This document shows, one piece after another, positions 40,431-52,832 of a DNA stretch of 64,000 bases; position 1 is the stretch's first letter, and each line of letters begins with the position of its first letter. The notes under the pieces are model-generated. The model saw nothing but the letters and a program-made list of their open reading frames with translations. It made no database searches and was not told the origin of the DNA. This stretch comes from Bdellovibrionales bacterium (GTDB lineage Bacteria; Bdellovibrionota; Bdellovibrionia; Bdellovibrionales; UBA1609), in contig CBDCMT010000001.1 in assembly GCA_965219095.1 (NCBI GenBank), forward strand, positions 1,408,001 to 1,472,000. The letters are read 5' to 3'. The position numbers were made by a program, and so were the translations under genes.

Positions 40431-41104
40431 AACTTTTTTAGATCTTCACTCCCTTTTGAAACTACAACCTTTCCTGAGCGAACAATTTTACCATACATTT
40501 CATATGGTTTACAAAAAATACGGATGATATGATCTTTAGGAATCTCTTTATGATTTTCTACACTGATAGCTTCATGAACTTCTGGATCAAAAGGTTCTCC
40601 TATTTTAATTTCTTTTTCTTCCAGACCGAAAGACGTAAGAGTTTTTTTAAGTTCTACCTCTGTCATAGAAATTCCTTTATAGAAATCTTTCCAACTATTT
40701 TGATCCACTTTTAAATTAAGAGCTTGCTGAAGGATATCAAGAATTTTTAAAACCTCTAAGGACATGGACTTTTTAGAAAATCTCAAGGCATCTTCCCTGT
40801 CCTTTGTCATTTGTTTTCTTAAGTTATCCATATCAGCTGATAAGTAAAGATAGTTCTTTTTTTCTTCAGAAATTTGCTGTTCTAAAGATTCTTTTATTTT
40901 TTTGAATTCTTGAAGTTCTTTTCTAAAATTTTTTTCTTCTCTATCTTCTCTATCTTGTTCTTCCTTTTCTTCTCTTTCCTTTTTTATTTTTTTGTTTTTC
41001 AAAAAAGCAGAACTCATCTCATGATGATCTTGAAAAGTGTTTTCAGTAAAATTATGATCGTGCTTTTCTTTTTTGGAACTCTTTTTCTTCTTATTCTTTG
41101 ACAT
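40427..41104 (-). CDS. grpE: Nucleotide exchange factor GrpE
   Basis: ADMDNLRK, GEPFDPEVHEA, Y....VR.GKVVV; start uncertain. Confidence 0.92.
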   Translation of the reverse strand: MSKNKKKKSSKKEKHDHNFTENTFQDHHEMSSAFLKNKKIKKEREEKEEQDREDREEKNFRKELQEFKKIKESLEQQISEEKKNYLYLSADMDNLRKQMTKDREDALRFSKKSMSLEVLKILDILQQALNLKVDQNSWKDFYKGISMTEVELKKTLTSFGLEEKEIKIGEPFDPEVHEAISVENHKEIPKDHIIRIFCKPYEMYGKIVRSGKVVVSKGSEDLKKL

Positions 41105-41331
41105 AACACCTTGATCCTCTTGCATGACTTCCTCGCACAGCTTATAAGATTTCCACAAAATGGTCCGAATGTCAATCAAGAATCAAAGTCCTGTTTGCTT
41201 CTGTGGGAGATGCTTATCACAACATGGGCATGATAAGACTCCTGATTCGTGCATTGCAAAAAGCTTTCTTGAAAAAGCTAAGGCTTAATCTTCTTGTGGC
41301 ACTTTTTTCCATTTCATGCTAGTTGTACTGT

Positions 41332-42057
41332 ATGGCACCTCAAACCACACCCTTTAGCAAAACACAAAATCTTATCGGCCATTTAGAAGATTTAAAAAAA
41401 ACACTGATACGTTCTTTTATTTTTATAGGTATAGGAACTTTGATTTGTCTATCACAAACTGATCTGATCCTTTCTTTACTCAAGCAGCCTTTAACTCCTT
41501 TTTTAAAAGACACATCGGGAGAGTTAATCTTCACAGCTCCTGTAGACAAGTTTCTCATCCATATGAAAACGGCTGTTTTTTCTGGTTTGGTTCTAGCATC
41601 TCCTTTTTGGCTTTATGAGATTTGGAGGTTCATATCTCCAGGGCTTTATGTTCATGAAAAAAAAATGGCACTAGTTTTTACCTTCTCAGGGGTGTTTCTG
41701 TTTTTATTAGGTATGGCTTTCTGTTATTTTATCGTTTATCCTAAAGCCTTTTCTTTTCTCTTCCAATTTGGAGGGGATCAAGAAAAAGCATTTATTACCA
41801 TAAAAGATTATATGTCCTTTCTTATGACAACATTGCTTGTTTTTGGTTTAGCTTTTGAAACCCCTCTGATTCTTATTTTTTTAGGCCGTATGAAAATTGT
41901 ATCAAAGAAAATGTTGCAGAAAAACCGTCGTTATGCTTTTTTGTTTATGGCTGTTTTATCTGCTTTGATCACACCCCCTGATGTTCTTAGTATGATCTTT
42001 CTTCTCATCCCTCTTTTTTGTCTTTATGAGTTGTCTGTGTTTTTTATGCCCTCTTAA
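41332..42057 (+). CDS. tatC: Twin-arginine translocase TatC
   Basis: HLEDLK, W.FISPGLY..E, FG.AFETP, ITPPD, LYE. Confidence 0.95.
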   Translation: MAPQTTPFSKTQNLIGHLEDLKKTLIRSFIFIGIGTLICLSQTDLILSLLKQPLTPFLKDTSGELIFTAPVDKFLIHMKTAVFSGLVLASPFWLYEIWRFISPGLYVHEKKMALVFTFSGVFLFLLGMAFCYFIVYPKAFSFLFQFGGDQEKAFITIKDYMSFLMTTLLVFGLAFETPLILIFLGRMKIVSKKMLQKNRRYAFLFMAVLSALITPPDVLSMIFLLIPLFCLYELSVFFMPS

Positions 42058-42575
42058 GAAAAAGAAATCAAAATTGTATGAGCCTCTACCCTTTCCCCTT
42101 CTGAAACGAAAATATCTTCTACTACACAATCTTGAAAAACTGTAAGTTCATTCTCCATCTTCATAGCCTCCATTACTAAAAGTGCCTGCCCCTCTTTCAT
42201 CCTATCTCCTTTTTTTACGAGAATCCGAATGATTTTTCCCGGCATTCCACAGGTTAGAGGAGCTTTGTCCCCTCCTATGGATTTTCTTTTTAAACTTTCA
42301 TGAAGCAAAATTTCATCATTATAAATATGGACATCTCTATAAGAGCCTCTCGTATAAATAGTATAATTCGTTCCCTTTCCAATAACGTCAATTAAATAAG
42401 ATTGGTCTTTAAACAAAAGACTTATGGTATTATCTAATTTTTTATATGTTGACTTACTGAGTTGATAAGTCATCCAATTTTTACCTTTCTCTCTAATCTC
42501 AATATGCCACAAATCTCTCACTTCTCTAACCACTACGTCATAGTCTTTACCTTTTGCTTTTGCTTGAAAGTACAT
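42054..42575 (-). CDS. Biotin carboxyl carrier subunit
   Basis: MPGKI, MEAMKMENE. Confidence 0.93.
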   Translation of the reverse strand: MYFQAKAKGKDYDVVVREVRDLWHIEIREKGKNWMTYQLSKSTYKKLDNTISLLFKDQSYLIDVIGKGTNYTIYTRGSYRDVHIYNDEILLHESLKRKSIGGDKAPLTCGMPGKIIRILVKKGDRMKEGQALLVMEAMKMENELTVFQDCVVEDIFVSEGERVEAHTILISFS

Positions 42576-42581
42576 AACTTC

Positions 42582-44072
42582 TCAATCTTTTTTATGGAAC
42601 TCTTTCCAAGAGCTTTTTACATGAATATTTTGAAAACTTTTTTCTTTTTTTTCTCCATAAACCGTTAAAGCTGCTGCAACAAGAAAAACATGATCGTCTA
42701 CAAATGTAAAAAAATCACTTCCTTTTTTTTGCTTAAACTCTTCATCTAAGTAGCGCGTTGTGTAAGAGCCTTCTAGGAATTTTTTAGAAGATAAAATTTT
42801 TCTATGTAAGTTAATATTGGTTTGAACTCCCGTGACCATAAATTCTCCTAAGGATCCTAAAGCTCTTGTAATGCAAGAATCTCTGTCCTCTCCCCATAAA
42901 ATAAGTTTCGCAAGAAGAGAATCATAGTCAACAGGAATGTTGTAGCCGGCATAACCGTAGCCGTCAATTCTCAGAAAAGCTCCTTGAGGGGTTCGGTAAC
43001 GCCTTATAAGACCTGGAGAGGGGGTGAAATCTACAGGGTTTTCAGCACAAATCCTTAATTCTATAGCAGTTCCATGTTTTTTAATATCACTTTGCTTAAA
43101 AGAAAGGGTTTCTCCCTTAGCTATAAGGATTTGCTCTTTAACAAGATCAACTCCTGTGATCATTTCAGTGACAGGATGTTCTACTTGAAGACGTGTATTC
43201 ATCTCCATGAAATAGAACTTATTTGTTTTGTGATCTAAGATGAACTCAACTGTTCCGGCTCCCTCATAGCCTATATGAGTGCAGAGTTTTAAAGCTGTTT
43301 GACACATCTTCTGTCTTAGATTTTCAGAAAGTGAAGGACTAGGAGCTTCTTCAATAATTTTTTGATGCTTTCTTTGAATAGAACACTCTCTATCAAATAG
43401 ATGTATTTTATTTTGTTTTTTATCCGCTAAGACTTGTATTTCAATATGTTTAGGGCTTTCGATATATTTTTCCATAAAAAGTCTTCCATCTTTAAAAAAG
43501 TTTTCTCCCTCTTTCTGACATGAAAAAAAAGCTTGTTTCATGGATTCTTTTTTCTTGACCACACGTATACCTTTTCCTCCTCCGCCTGCGGAAGCTTTTA
43601 AAATCACAGGAAATCCTATTCTGTTTGCTTCATCAAGAGCCCCTGATACGTTTTTTAAAGTTTTCTGAGAGCCTGGAATGATAGGAACTCCAGCTTTTTG
43701 AGCTATGTTTCGTGCTTGAATCTTATCCCCCATTTGTCTTATGTTTTCTTCTGAAGCTCCAATAAAAATAAACCCCTTGTCTTTAACAGTTTTGGCAAAA
43801 TCAGGACTTTCACTCAAAAATCCATAACCGGGGTGAATAGCCTGAACTCTAGCTTTTTTAGCGGCCTTAATCAAAGCTTCTATGTTTAAATAGGATTCTT
43901 GGCTGGGAGCTTTTCCAATGTAATAAGCTCTATCAGCTAACATGACATGAAGGCTCTCTCGATCTGCTTCACTATAAACCGCTATGGATTCAAGGCCCAT
44001 CATACGACAGCTTCTTATAATGCGAACAGCAATTTCCCCTCTATTAGCGATTAAAACTTTTTTAATTTTCAT
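42582..44072 (-). CDS. Biotin carboxylase subunit of acyl-CoA carboxylase
   Basis: [43 protein letters not shown]. Confidence 0.96.
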   Translation of the reverse strand: MKIKKVLIANRGEIAVRIIRSCRMMGLESIAVYSEADRESLHVMLADRAYYIGKAPSQESYLNIEALIKAAKKARVQAIHPGYGFLSESPDFAKTVKDKGFIFIGASEENIRQMGDKIQARNIAQKAGVPIIPGSQKTLKNVSGALDEANRIGFPVILKASAGGGGKGIRVVKKKESMKQAFFSCQKEGENFFKDGRLFMEKYIESPKHIEIQVLADKKQNKIHLFDRECSIQRKHQKIIEEAPSPSLSENLRQKMCQTALKLCTHIGYEGAGTVEFILDHKTNKFYFMEMNTRLQVEHPVTEMITGVDLVKEQILIAKGETLSFKQSDIKKHGTAIELRICAENPVDFTPSPGLIRRYRTPQGAFLRIDGYGYAGYNIPVDYDSLLAKLILWGEDRDSCITRALGSLGEFMVTGVQTNINLHRKILSSKKFLEGSYTTRYLDEEFKQKKGSDFFTFVDDHVFLVAAALTVYGEKKEKSFQNIHVKSSWKEFHKKD

Positions 44073-45619
44073 AAAGGTATGTTTCCATGTTTTTTCTTTG
44101 GATTTTTATCAACTTTATTTTGTAAATGTTCGAATCCTTGAATGATTCTTTTTCTTGTTATAGAGGGTTCTATGATTTCATCAATATAGCCTACTTCAGC
44201 AGCACGGTAAGGGTTATTAAATTGCTTCTCATAACTTTCCACAAGTTCTTCTCTTTTCTTTTCTTGATTTTCGGCCTCTGAAAGTTCTTTTCTAAAAATA
44301 ATGTTAACAGCTCCTTCTGCTCCCATAACAGCAATTTCAGAAGAAGGGTAGGCTAAATTCAAATCTCCTCTTAAATGTTTAGACGACATAACATCATAAG
44401 CTCCTCCGTAAGCTTTTCTTGTAATTAAAGTCACTTTAGGTACTGTGGCCTCAGCGTAAGCATAAATGAGCTTAGCTCCATGAGAAATGATACCCTGCCA
44501 CTCTTGATCCGTTCCTGGAAGAAAGCCAGGAACATCAACTAAGGTTAAAAGAGGAATGTTAAAAGCATCGCAAAAGCGTACAAAACGAGCAGCCTTTACA
44601 CTGGCTCCAATATTCAGACAGCCAGCTAAAACTTGGGGTTGGTTGGCCACAATACCTATACTTCGGCCTTTCATACGAGAAAAGCCAATGATGATATTAG
44701 GAGCATAATGGGGTTGTACTTCTAAGAAATAACCTTCATCTACAATTCTTTCTATGACATCCATCATATTATAAGGTTTTTTAGGGTTATCAGGAATTAA
44801 AGTATTTAAAGTTGTATCTTCTCTATCATAGAAATCCTGGACTTTTAAAACAGGGGTTTCTTCTAAATTGTTATTCGGTAAAAAGTTTAAAAACTCCCTT
44901 ATCAAAAGAAGACAGTGTTTATCGTTATCTGTTGTAAAATGACAAATTCCTGATTTTTCACTATGGGCTTTAGTTCCTCCAAGGGCTTCTTTTGTGACCT
45001 TTTCATGGGTGACAGCTTTGATCACATCAGGGCCTGTTACAAACATATAACTTGTTTGTTTGACCATAAAAATAAAGTCTGTAAGTGCTGGACTATAAAC
45101 TGCCCCTCCAGCACAAGGCCCCATAATAGCACTGATTTGAGGAATCACTCCTGAACCTAGGGTGTTTCTAAGAAAGATGTCAGCATAGCCGGCAAGAGAT
45201 TGAATTCCCTCATGAATGCGTGCTCCTCCTGAGTCGTTTAAGCCTATCAGAGGAGTCCCTAACTTTAAAGCCATATCTATAACTTTACATATTTTATGAC
45301 TTTGAGTGCGTGACATGGTTCCTCCTAAAACAGTAAAATCTTGACTGTACACATGGACAGGACGTCCGTTGATTTTCCCATACCCTGTGATCACTCCGTC
45401 ACCTAAATAAACTTTATCTTTAAGTCCAAAATTTTGACAATGATGTATAGACATACGATCCAATTCTACAAAACTTCCCGTATCCAGAAGCACATCAAGT
45501 CTTTCTCTAGCGGTAAGTCGCCCTCCTTGTTTGTGCTGTTCTATTCTGTCAACACCTCCTCCCTCAAAACTTTCTTTTTCCTTGTCTAAAAAAAATTTTA
45601 GTTTACTGTCTTGATTCAA
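44069..45619 (-). CDS. pccB: Propionyl/acyl-CoA carboxylase carboxyltransferase subunit
   Basis: [43 protein letters not shown]. Confidence 0.92.
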   Translation of the reverse strand: MNQDSKLKFFLDKEKESFEGGGVDRIEQHKQGGRLTARERLDVLLDTGSFVELDRMSIHHCQNFGLKDKVYLGDGVITGYGKINGRPVHVYSQDFTVLGGTMSRTQSHKICKVIDMALKLGTPLIGLNDSGGARIHEGIQSLAGYADIFLRNTLGSGVIPQISAIMGPCAGGAVYSPALTDFIFMVKQTSYMFVTGPDVIKAVTHEKVTKEALGGTKAHSEKSGICHFTTDNDKHCLLLIREFLNFLPNNNLEETPVLKVQDFYDREDTTLNTLIPDNPKKPYNMMDVIERIVDEGYFLEVQPHYAPNIIIGFSRMKGRSIGIVANQPQVLAGCLNIGASVKAARFVRFCDAFNIPLLTLVDVPGFLPGTDQEWQGIISHGAKLIYAYAEATVPKVTLITRKAYGGAYDVMSSKHLRGDLNLAYPSSEIAVMGAEGAVNIIFRKELSEAENQEKKREELVESYEKQFNNPYRAAEVGYIDEIIEPSITRKRIIQGFEHLQNKVDKNPKKKHGNIPL

Positions 45620-45649
45620 AGCTATACTCCTTTCTTTTTCGTTTGTTTC

Positions 45650-46939
45650 TTACGGATAATGACGTCCGTATGTTCTGGGAAAAGGTATAGCTTCTCTAAT
45701 GTGAGAAAGTCCACAGATCCAAGCTAAAGTTCTTTCAATACCTAAACCAAATCCTGAATGCACAAAGCTTCCATACCTTCTTAAATCCATATACCATTGA
45801 AAGTGATCAAGATTTAAATGATGCTCTTTTATTTTTGATGCCAGCTTATCAAAATCCTCCTCTCTTTGTCCTCCTCCAATGATCTCTCCATAAGATTCTG
45901 TGGCTAAAAGATCGCAACTCATAGAATAGCCCGACTCTTTCTCATCTTCTTTCATGTAAAAAGCTTTTATCTTTTGAGGAAAGTGATGAACAAAAACAGG
46001 TTTGTCATAAAGCTCACTAATTAGAGTCTCTTCTTTAGCTCCAAAATCAGAGCCTTTTTCAAAGTGAGGATGGGATTCTTTGATTTTCTTCACAGCCTCC
46101 TTATAGTGAATTCTATAGAAAGGAGCTTTTATGTTTTCTAGACCTGAGGTATCACGTTCTAAAATTTTTAACTCCTCGCAAGAGTTCTCCAAAGTCTTTT
46201 GCACAATAAACTCTACAAACTCTTCGGCTAATTTCATATTGTCATAAAGATCAAAAAAAGCTACTTCAGGTTCCACCATCCAGAACTCAATTAAATGTCT
46301 TCTTGTTTTTGACTTTTCTGCACGAAACGTAGGACCTAGGCAATAAACCTTTCCAAAAGAAGCAGCAGCTGCTTCCATGTAAAGTTGTCCTGTTTGAGAA
46401 AGGTATGTTGTTTCATCAAAATACTGTGTTTCAAAAAGTGTTGTTGAACCCTCTGCTGGGTTGGGTGTAAAAATAGGAGCATCAACCAGAGTAAACTTGT
46501 GCTGATGAAAAAACTCTCTTATAGCCATCAAGAGCTGAGAGCGCACTCTTAAAATAGCATGTTGTTTTTTTGAACGAAGCCACAGATGACGATGATTCAT
46601 TAAAAAATCTATGCCATGTTCTTTAGGAGAAATAGGATATTCAGAAGAGGGATTTAAAATCTTTAAAACCCGGCCTTCTAATTCATAACCTCCAGGGGCT
46701 CTAGGTTCTTTTTTTACAAGACCTCTTACTTCCACACTAGTTTCTTGGCTTAAGCTTTCAAATGCTTCCAAAGTTTGAGTGTCGCAATGGTTTTTCACAA
46801 AAACACACTGACAAATCCCCGAACCATCTCGTAAAATAAGAAATTTTACTTTTCCCGAAGAACGAAAATTGTAGACCCAGCCTCTAAGCAACACCTCCTT
46901 AGAGACTTGAATTTCAAGATCGGAAATGAGTTTTTTCAT
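45650..46939 (-). CDS. asnS: Asparagine--tRNA ligase
   Basis: LRDGSG, LSQTGQLY, FRAEKSKTRRHL.EFWM.EPE, GEIIGGGQRE, GFGLGIER. Confidence 0.96.
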   Translation of the reverse strand: MKKLISDLEIQVSKEVLLRGWVYNFRSSGKVKFLILRDGSGICQCVFVKNHCDTQTLEAFESLSQETSVEVRGLVKKEPRAPGGYELEGRVLKILNPSSEYPISPKEHGIDFLMNHRHLWLRSKKQHAILRVRSQLLMAIREFFHQHKFTLVDAPIFTPNPAEGSTTLFETQYFDETTYLSQTGQLYMEAAAASFGKVYCLGPTFRAEKSKTRRHLIEFWMVEPEVAFFDLYDNMKLAEEFVEFIVQKTLENSCEELKILERDTSGLENIKAPFYRIHYKEAVKKIKESHPHFEKGSDFGAKEETLISELYDKPVFVHHFPQKIKAFYMKEDEKESGYSMSCDLLATESYGEIIGGGQREEDFDKLASKIKEHHLNLDHFQWYMDLRRYGSFVHSGFGLGIERTLAWICGLSHIREAIPFPRTYGRHYP

Positions 46940-47081
46940 ATGATAAAAATCTATCATAAATTTAAAGAATCTAGCAAGGAAGCTATAACTCTTTTGAGAT
47001 TAAATAAGAGACTCAATGAGATAAAAGTGACATTGCGTTATGTTTTCCTTGTTTTAAAACTCTATTTCATTTTCCTTTTCT

Positions 47082-47894
47082 TCAAAGCAGAGTAAAAAAA
47101 TCTTCTAAAACTTTAGAAAACTGCTCTCTTACAAGGTGGGCTACTTTGTAGACCTCTTTATGGTGGAGAGTTTGTTTTGTAAGACCTGCTGCTTTGTTTG
47201 TAACACAGGAAAGTCCTGCGATTTCAAGTCCGCAGTGTTTAGAGGCAATTGCTTCACATACAGTACTCATACCGACAACAGATCCCCCTATGTGCCTTAA
47301 AAATTGCACTTCAGAGGGTGTTTCATAGCTAGGCCCTAAAACACCACAATAAACCCCTGTGTGAAACTTAGCTTTTTGTTTCCTGAGAGCTGTTTTTAAT
47401 TTTTCTTGATACTTTAAATTGTACACCTGAGTCATATCAGGAAATCTCAAGCCCCACTTTAAAGACTCTTGACCTATAAGAGGGTTTTGTCCTGTTAGGT
47501 TGATATGATCAGAGATCACCACAAAGGAGCCCTCTGACAGATGAGAATCAAGTCCTCCTACTGAATTGGTCAGAAGAACATTCTCAGCACCCCAGAGCCT
47601 TAAAACTCTTAAAGCATAAACCGATTCCTCCACAGAAAAGCCTTCATACATATGCACTCTTCCTTGGCATATGGCTAAAGAAAACCCCTTGAACTTTCCT
47701 AACACCAAATAACCCTTATGACCTTCTACAGTGGAGTGGGGGAAAAAAGGAATGTCTTTATAAGAAATTTCAATTTTTTTTTCCATTTGATCCACAAAAT
47801 TTCCCAAACCAGAACCTAAGACTACAATCCAAGAGGGAGCCTTAGAGAGGGATGTTTTTTCTTTTAACCATGAAACCGTTTCATGGGGCTTCAT
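47082..47894 (-). CDS. punA: Purine-nucleoside phosphorylase (trimeric type)
   Basis: LGSGLG, QGRVHMYEG, GPSYETPSE, VGMSTV, TNKAAG. Confidence 0.94.
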   Translation of the reverse strand: MKPHETVSWLKEKTSLSKAPSWIVVLGSGLGNFVDQMEKKIEISYKDIPFFPHSTVEGHKGYLVLGKFKGFSLAICQGRVHMYEGFSVEESVYALRVLRLWGAENVLLTNSVGGLDSHLSEGSFVVISDHINLTGQNPLIGQESLKWGLRFPDMTQVYNLKYQEKLKTALRKQKAKFHTGVYCGVLGPSYETPSEVQFLRHIGGSVVGMSTVCEAIASKHCGLEIAGLSCVTNKAAGLTKQTLHHKEVYKVAHLVREQFSKVLEDFFTLL

Positions 47895-48552
47895 GTCTTA
47901 ACTCCTCTATAATTTGAACACTAGAACTTGAACCTATACGACAGGCCCCAGCTTCTAAAAGTTGTTGGGTTTGTTTCCAACTTCTAATCCCACCACTTGC
48001 TTTAATTTTGATGTCATTACCAATGGCTTCTTTCATGGTTTTTATATCCTCAACACAGGCTCCTGGCTTAAAAAAACCTGTAGAGGTTTTAACAAACTGA
48101 GCTCCTGCTTCCTGACAAATCAAACACGCTGTTTTCAATTCTTCCCTGTTAAGAAAGCTTGTACCTACAATCACCTTTAAAACTTTGTCCTCCGCTACTC
48201 TCACAACAGCTTCGATATCTTCTTTCACTTTTTTATAGTTTTTTTGTTTGAACTCACCTAAGTTCATAGGCATGTCTAACTCGTCAACATCTTGTCTAAG
48301 AGCTTGAGAAGCTTCATACACCTTTACTTTCGTTGTATGAATTCCCAAAGGAAATCCTATTACAGTACAGGTTTTAATTTTTGAATGAGTTAAGAGACTC
48401 TTAGCTAAAGAAAGGTAATAAGGGTTAACACAAACACAATAAAACTGTAATTCTTTAGCCTCTTGACATAGTTTATAAACTTCAGAAGCTGTAGTCTGAG
48501 GTGATAGAACAGTATGATCGATTTTTTGTGCTAAACTTTTTGAAGTTATCAT
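47881..48552 (-). CDS. deoC: Deoxyribose-phosphate aldolase
   Basis: IDHT.L, VIGFPLG, FVKTSTGF, IKASGGIR, RIGSS. Confidence 0.96.
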   Translation of the reverse strand: MITSKSLAQKIDHTVLSPQTTASEVYKLCQEAKELQFYCVCVNPYYLSLAKSLLTHSKIKTCTVIGFPLGIHTTKVKVYEASQALRQDVDELDMPMNLGEFKQKNYKKVKEDIEAVVRVAEDKVLKVIVGTSFLNREELKTACLICQEAGAQFVKTSTGFFKPGACVEDIKTMKEAIGNDIKIKASGGIRSWKQTQQLLEAGACRIGSSSSVQIIEELRHEAP

Positions 48553-48882
48553 GCTATTGAAAATATATATAATTTTTTTAAAAAAGTCAAAGGTTTTCAT
48601 TTGTGATCATTTTTATACACCACATTCTTTGAGCCAATTTTTATCTATTCTCTAAAACTATTTTTTGTTGTTTACTCAAGATCGGGGGCTCCTAACAGTG
48701 TTGATGAAAGACCTTATGAATAACGAATTTTATGTACAACAAATTTTACGATAAAAGTGCATATGTCCTTTCGGTTTGGTGGAAACTAAAATTTTATTAG
48801 TGTTCAACAAAAACCCAGCATTATCTGTATTATGATAATACTCACCAAAAGCTTCCCAACTATCCCAAAGCGAATATGGTTC

Positions 48883-49527
48883 AAAGTAAGGACTCCAACA
48901 ATCATGCACAAGCACTCCTCCATATCTATCCAAGAGACCAATATCTTTTATGGCTTCCCTTCCACGTGAAAGGTGGAGAAACTGCAAGACTAATTCTCCT
49001 GAACTATAAGTATGAATCCAGTAGTTTTTACCCTTAACCCTCATAGAGGTCTCATCAACATGAATGACCTCTGATTCAAGTATCTTTTCTTTCATCTGCT
49101 CTTCCCAACTTTTAAGAAACTCTCCTAATTCAGCAATGTATCTCAACATAACTGCAGGAGAAATCATTCGACCTATAAGCCCCATGTAATGTTCCCCAAC
49201 ACGTTGAAAAGACAGCATCTGAACTATAATGAAATTGATGATGGAAGCTCTAATGCCTACACCATACTGAAGAGGACCACTCATACCTTTAGGGAATTGA
49301 CCTTTATTTCTAGCTCCACATGAGGGACAATCCTTAACCTCAGAAGTTACAGTATGGGTCTGAATTTCATAAAAAATATCAATCTTTTTACGCTTCTCAA
49401 GGCTTTTTACCTCTGCTGTCTTTAAACACATCCCACACTGAGAACACTCTGAGGGAAAGACAGTCTCCTCGCTGTTTTGTATCTTTACTGTTATCAAGTC
49501 TAGAGCCCTTTTTTTGACTCCCACTAG
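48883..49527 (-). mobile_element. Internal fragment of ISBst12-like IS66
   Basis: Near-identical in reverse to about 20613-21257; both ends lost. Confidence 0.9.
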
Positions 49528-49990
49528 TGTTCTGACCAGTAAATTTTTTCACAATTTTCAAGCCTTTAATCCAGGTCATTTTATTAAATTATTTTTATAT
49601 TAAAAAGAATAAAAGTGAAATGTTTAGAGTTATACCAATTCCAAAAGTTAATTCTACATTTTCATGTATAAGTTTGGATTTTTACTTCTAGAAATTTATA
49701 ACTTTTAAGTATGGGTAAAGAGTGTATCAAATTCATTGGAAAGATATGATTTTCTAATGTTTATATACAATTTAGTTTACAGGCTCTTACAGGCTCGTCT
49801 CATTTTTTATAATGGAACTTTTCTCTGGCTGATTTTCTTGAAAAATTCCATTTTATTGTCATCTTCCGTCTGTTCATAATATTCACCCAAGCCTTGGTTC
49901 TTTTTCTTAAAGTTTCTATGTCAGGTATTCTTGATTTTCCTAAACATTGACGAGAGTACATATTGATTGCAATTTCTGCTTGATTTAACC
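49523..49990 (-). mobile_element. 3' part of IS630 type A; 468-bp inverted copy of 60030-60497
   Basis: Direct comparison; joins the IS66 fragment at CTAG and is cut by the IS66 end at 49991. Confidence 0.9.
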
Positions 49991-52586
49991 GTAAGTCGGT
50001 TTTTTAACAGCCCTTGACTTCTACTGAGGAGGATATTTCTTAGATTTTAAAGGAGAAGTTTTTATTGATCTTGTTGTAAAACGGCGTTGTAAGACGTTTT
50101 CCTAAGGCCTTCCCTGTTACAAAAGTATTAGAGAAGTTCTTAAAAGAATAATTCTTAGTTTTTTTTCGTAATTTTGATTTTTTTTGTGCTTTATTCTTTA
50201 AGAACGAAGCTCACTTGTATACTCAAAAGGCGTTTTAATAGGCATCTTATCGAGGGAGTTTCCCACAACCATTAAAATATAGTCCTTAGGATCTAATTCC
50301 ACCTTCTTACAACTTTCCACAATACTGTAAAGTACTGATGCTGTTTCAACTCCTCTCTGAGTCCTTGACCCATGAAAGTTCTTTCTTCCCATCACAGAAT
50401 GTCGAATCGTTCTTTCTGCTTCATTGTTTGTCATAGGAATTTTCTCATTTTCTAAGAATAAATTTAAGCCATCCCAGTGATTAAAGCTATAATCAATAGC
50501 CTTTTTTAACCCACTCTCAGGACGAGCTTCTCCATAAAGTTTATAATACAGATCTTGCAGAGAAAGAACTAAATCCTTTGATTCTGTTTGTCTTAAACTT
50601 TTGAGCTCTTCATAAGTTTTTGCCTTTGATTCAACTTTAAAAATCTTCCCCATAAGCTTTAATACTTTTCCACACTCCTCAGGGTAATTCTGTTCTATGT
50701 CAATAAACTTTCTTATCACTGAGACCAACAAAAAGCAAGATCAATTCCCTTTTCACCCTTAAAGTGTGTTTTATAACTAACGTATCCATCTGTTAAAATA
50801 GGCCCCTTATAAGAGCCTAAGAGTTTTTTAATAGAACAGGCTGAACGGCTCTCACTAAAGTAATAAAAACTTCCTCCCTGATGACTTATAACAAACATGT
50901 AGCCGTCCTTTTGATGTGAATTATTAATAGGCCATGGAGTTTCATCAATATGAATCGTTCTGTCTAGTTTAAGAAGTTCCTCTTTGATCTTTTCTCTCAC
51001 AGGCTCTAAATAACAACTCACAAAATAACAAAGATTATAAAGAGTTCTACAATTCACCTTCAAACCATCTGATTCCATCATTCTTCTTACTCTCTCTAAA
51101 GGAAGGTGATACAAGTACTTTTGACTCGCTACTTCTATTGCAAATTTTGGGGAGTACTTAGATCCTGGAACAATTTTCTTAGGAACAGGAGCTGATACTA
51201 TGATCTCTTTTTCTCCCACTTTGCTTGCCTTCAGACGGTACTTCTAAAGACGATGCGTCTTTCTAACATAGCTTCTTACATGAACATCAACCTCTTTTGA
51301 CACGTCTTGAATCTTTAATTCCTCCCACTCACTGTCCTTAGGATAACCATACTGCTGTGCTATATCAGAAAGTTCTTCGTCTGTGAGCTTATGATCTACT
51401 CTTATCTCTTTTAAGGCCTTCACCTCCCCTTCTTTAGGAGCAGGAACTAAACTCTCAGATTCAAGAAGAATTGTCTTTTTAAGCTTCTTTCTACTACGAG
51501 AAGATAGTTTTCTTTTTTCACTGGATTTTCCAAATACTATTTTCTTGAACTTACTAAGTAGCTCATCATTAAAAAGCTTTAATTGATCTTCTTTGGCCTT
51601 TTTCTTCTTAAGCTCATTTAACTCTCTTTTTAAAAGTTTAAATTCTTTTTTATAAAGGTGAATGAGTTCATTAGAAATCAACTTTATGTTTTCCAGATCT
51701 TTTTCCTCTCGAATAAACGAAGGAAGATATTTATATTTAGGGTTTTCGCTTTTTTTTAAATAAGGAAAAAGACTCATCTGCATACATTAATGTCAACATG
51801 TCTGTTTTTGTTTTGAAAGCTTTTTTTTTAAAAAAAATAAAAAAAATTTAAAAAAATAATCTAAAAAAATTATCTTTTCTTAAGCTCGTACTTTCTTAAA
51901 ATTGAACCATGAACTAAAAGATTCAATTCACTCCTTGTTAACTCGGGAGAACTTAAATCACTTAAACTCATAAACCTTTCTTTCTCCATCCTCTTTGTTA
52001 GTAAAACAAGACCACTCCCATCATAGAACAGCCCTTTTAATCTCTTTCTGTTAAAACCTAGAAAAAGATAAAGATCTCCCAAGTTGATCTCTCCTTCCAT
52101 CTCACTTCTCACCAGATAACTCAACCTCTCAAAACTCCATCGCATGTCTATCTTTTGAGAGCAGACAAAAATACGGTAGCCTTCAGATAAAAAGATCATA
52201 AACTCCTCACTAACTCTAAAACCTCTTCCCAACCTAGACCCTTTAAGACTAAGACCTTCTCTTTCATCACATGACTTTTCCTTTTTCAAAGAAACAGCCT
52301 TAAAAAGAGACTTCTTGTGAGAAACTGTTGAAACATAAGACTTCTTCCAGTTATTGATCGTGGAAGAGGTGACCTTTGTCTCTTTACAAAATTTAGAAAC
52401 CTTTTCCTCTTTCAAAAAATCTAGAATCTCTCTCTTAAGAGCTTCTGGGTAGCGGATAAGCTTCTTGTTGGAACTCTCCTCTCGACAAAGCTGTATCTTC
52501 TTTTTTAAATTAATCCCTTCTTCCATAAAATCCTCCCTCTTAAGAAAAATTTAATCTTGGATAGGGCGGTCAGATAACCGAGTTAC
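49991..52586 (-). mobile_element. Classical IS66 element (tnpA/tnpB/tnpC), frameshifted
   Basis: Ends GTAAGTCGGTT / GTAACTCGGTT; 51870-52526 carries HTH plus IDMR..F..L TnpB; TnpC in three pieces (FGKSSEK; HIDET, TDGY; TNNEAER). Confidence 0.92.
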
Positions 52587-52698
52587 TGCTGAACTTCCCC
52601 CCCCCCTGTTTCTACGGACAATTAATGGAGATAAAAGAAAAGATGTCTATGAAAGGAGGAACGTGGCTATATTGAAAGAGGTAGCAACTTTTTTTCAA

Positions 52699-52820
52699 GG
52701 AATTGTAAAGGGTTTAAAAAACAAAGTAAAACTTATTATGAGAAAATTTTACAGCTTTAGAACCTCTAAAGCTGTAAAAAAGAGCCTTATATCAAAACAT
52801 TGGAAAACTGCCAGAACCTC
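52699..52820 (+). pseudogene. Decayed ISL3 transposase 3' remnant
   Basis: GIVKGLKNKVKLIMRKFYSFRTSKAV..ALY..IGKLPEP resembles the intact ISL3 C-terminus. Confidence 0.75.
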
Positions 52821-52832
52821 TTTGCAGAGAAA

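Noticed and set aside
51870..52200. TnpB as an RNA-guided nuclease
   Set aside because: This is the small IS66 accessory TnpB, unrelated to IS200/IS605 TnpB; no RuvC or Zn-finger motifs
52590..52690. TGAACTTCCCC...CGGACA resembling an IS3-family left end
   Set aside because: No accompanying transposase sequence or partner end; too short to support
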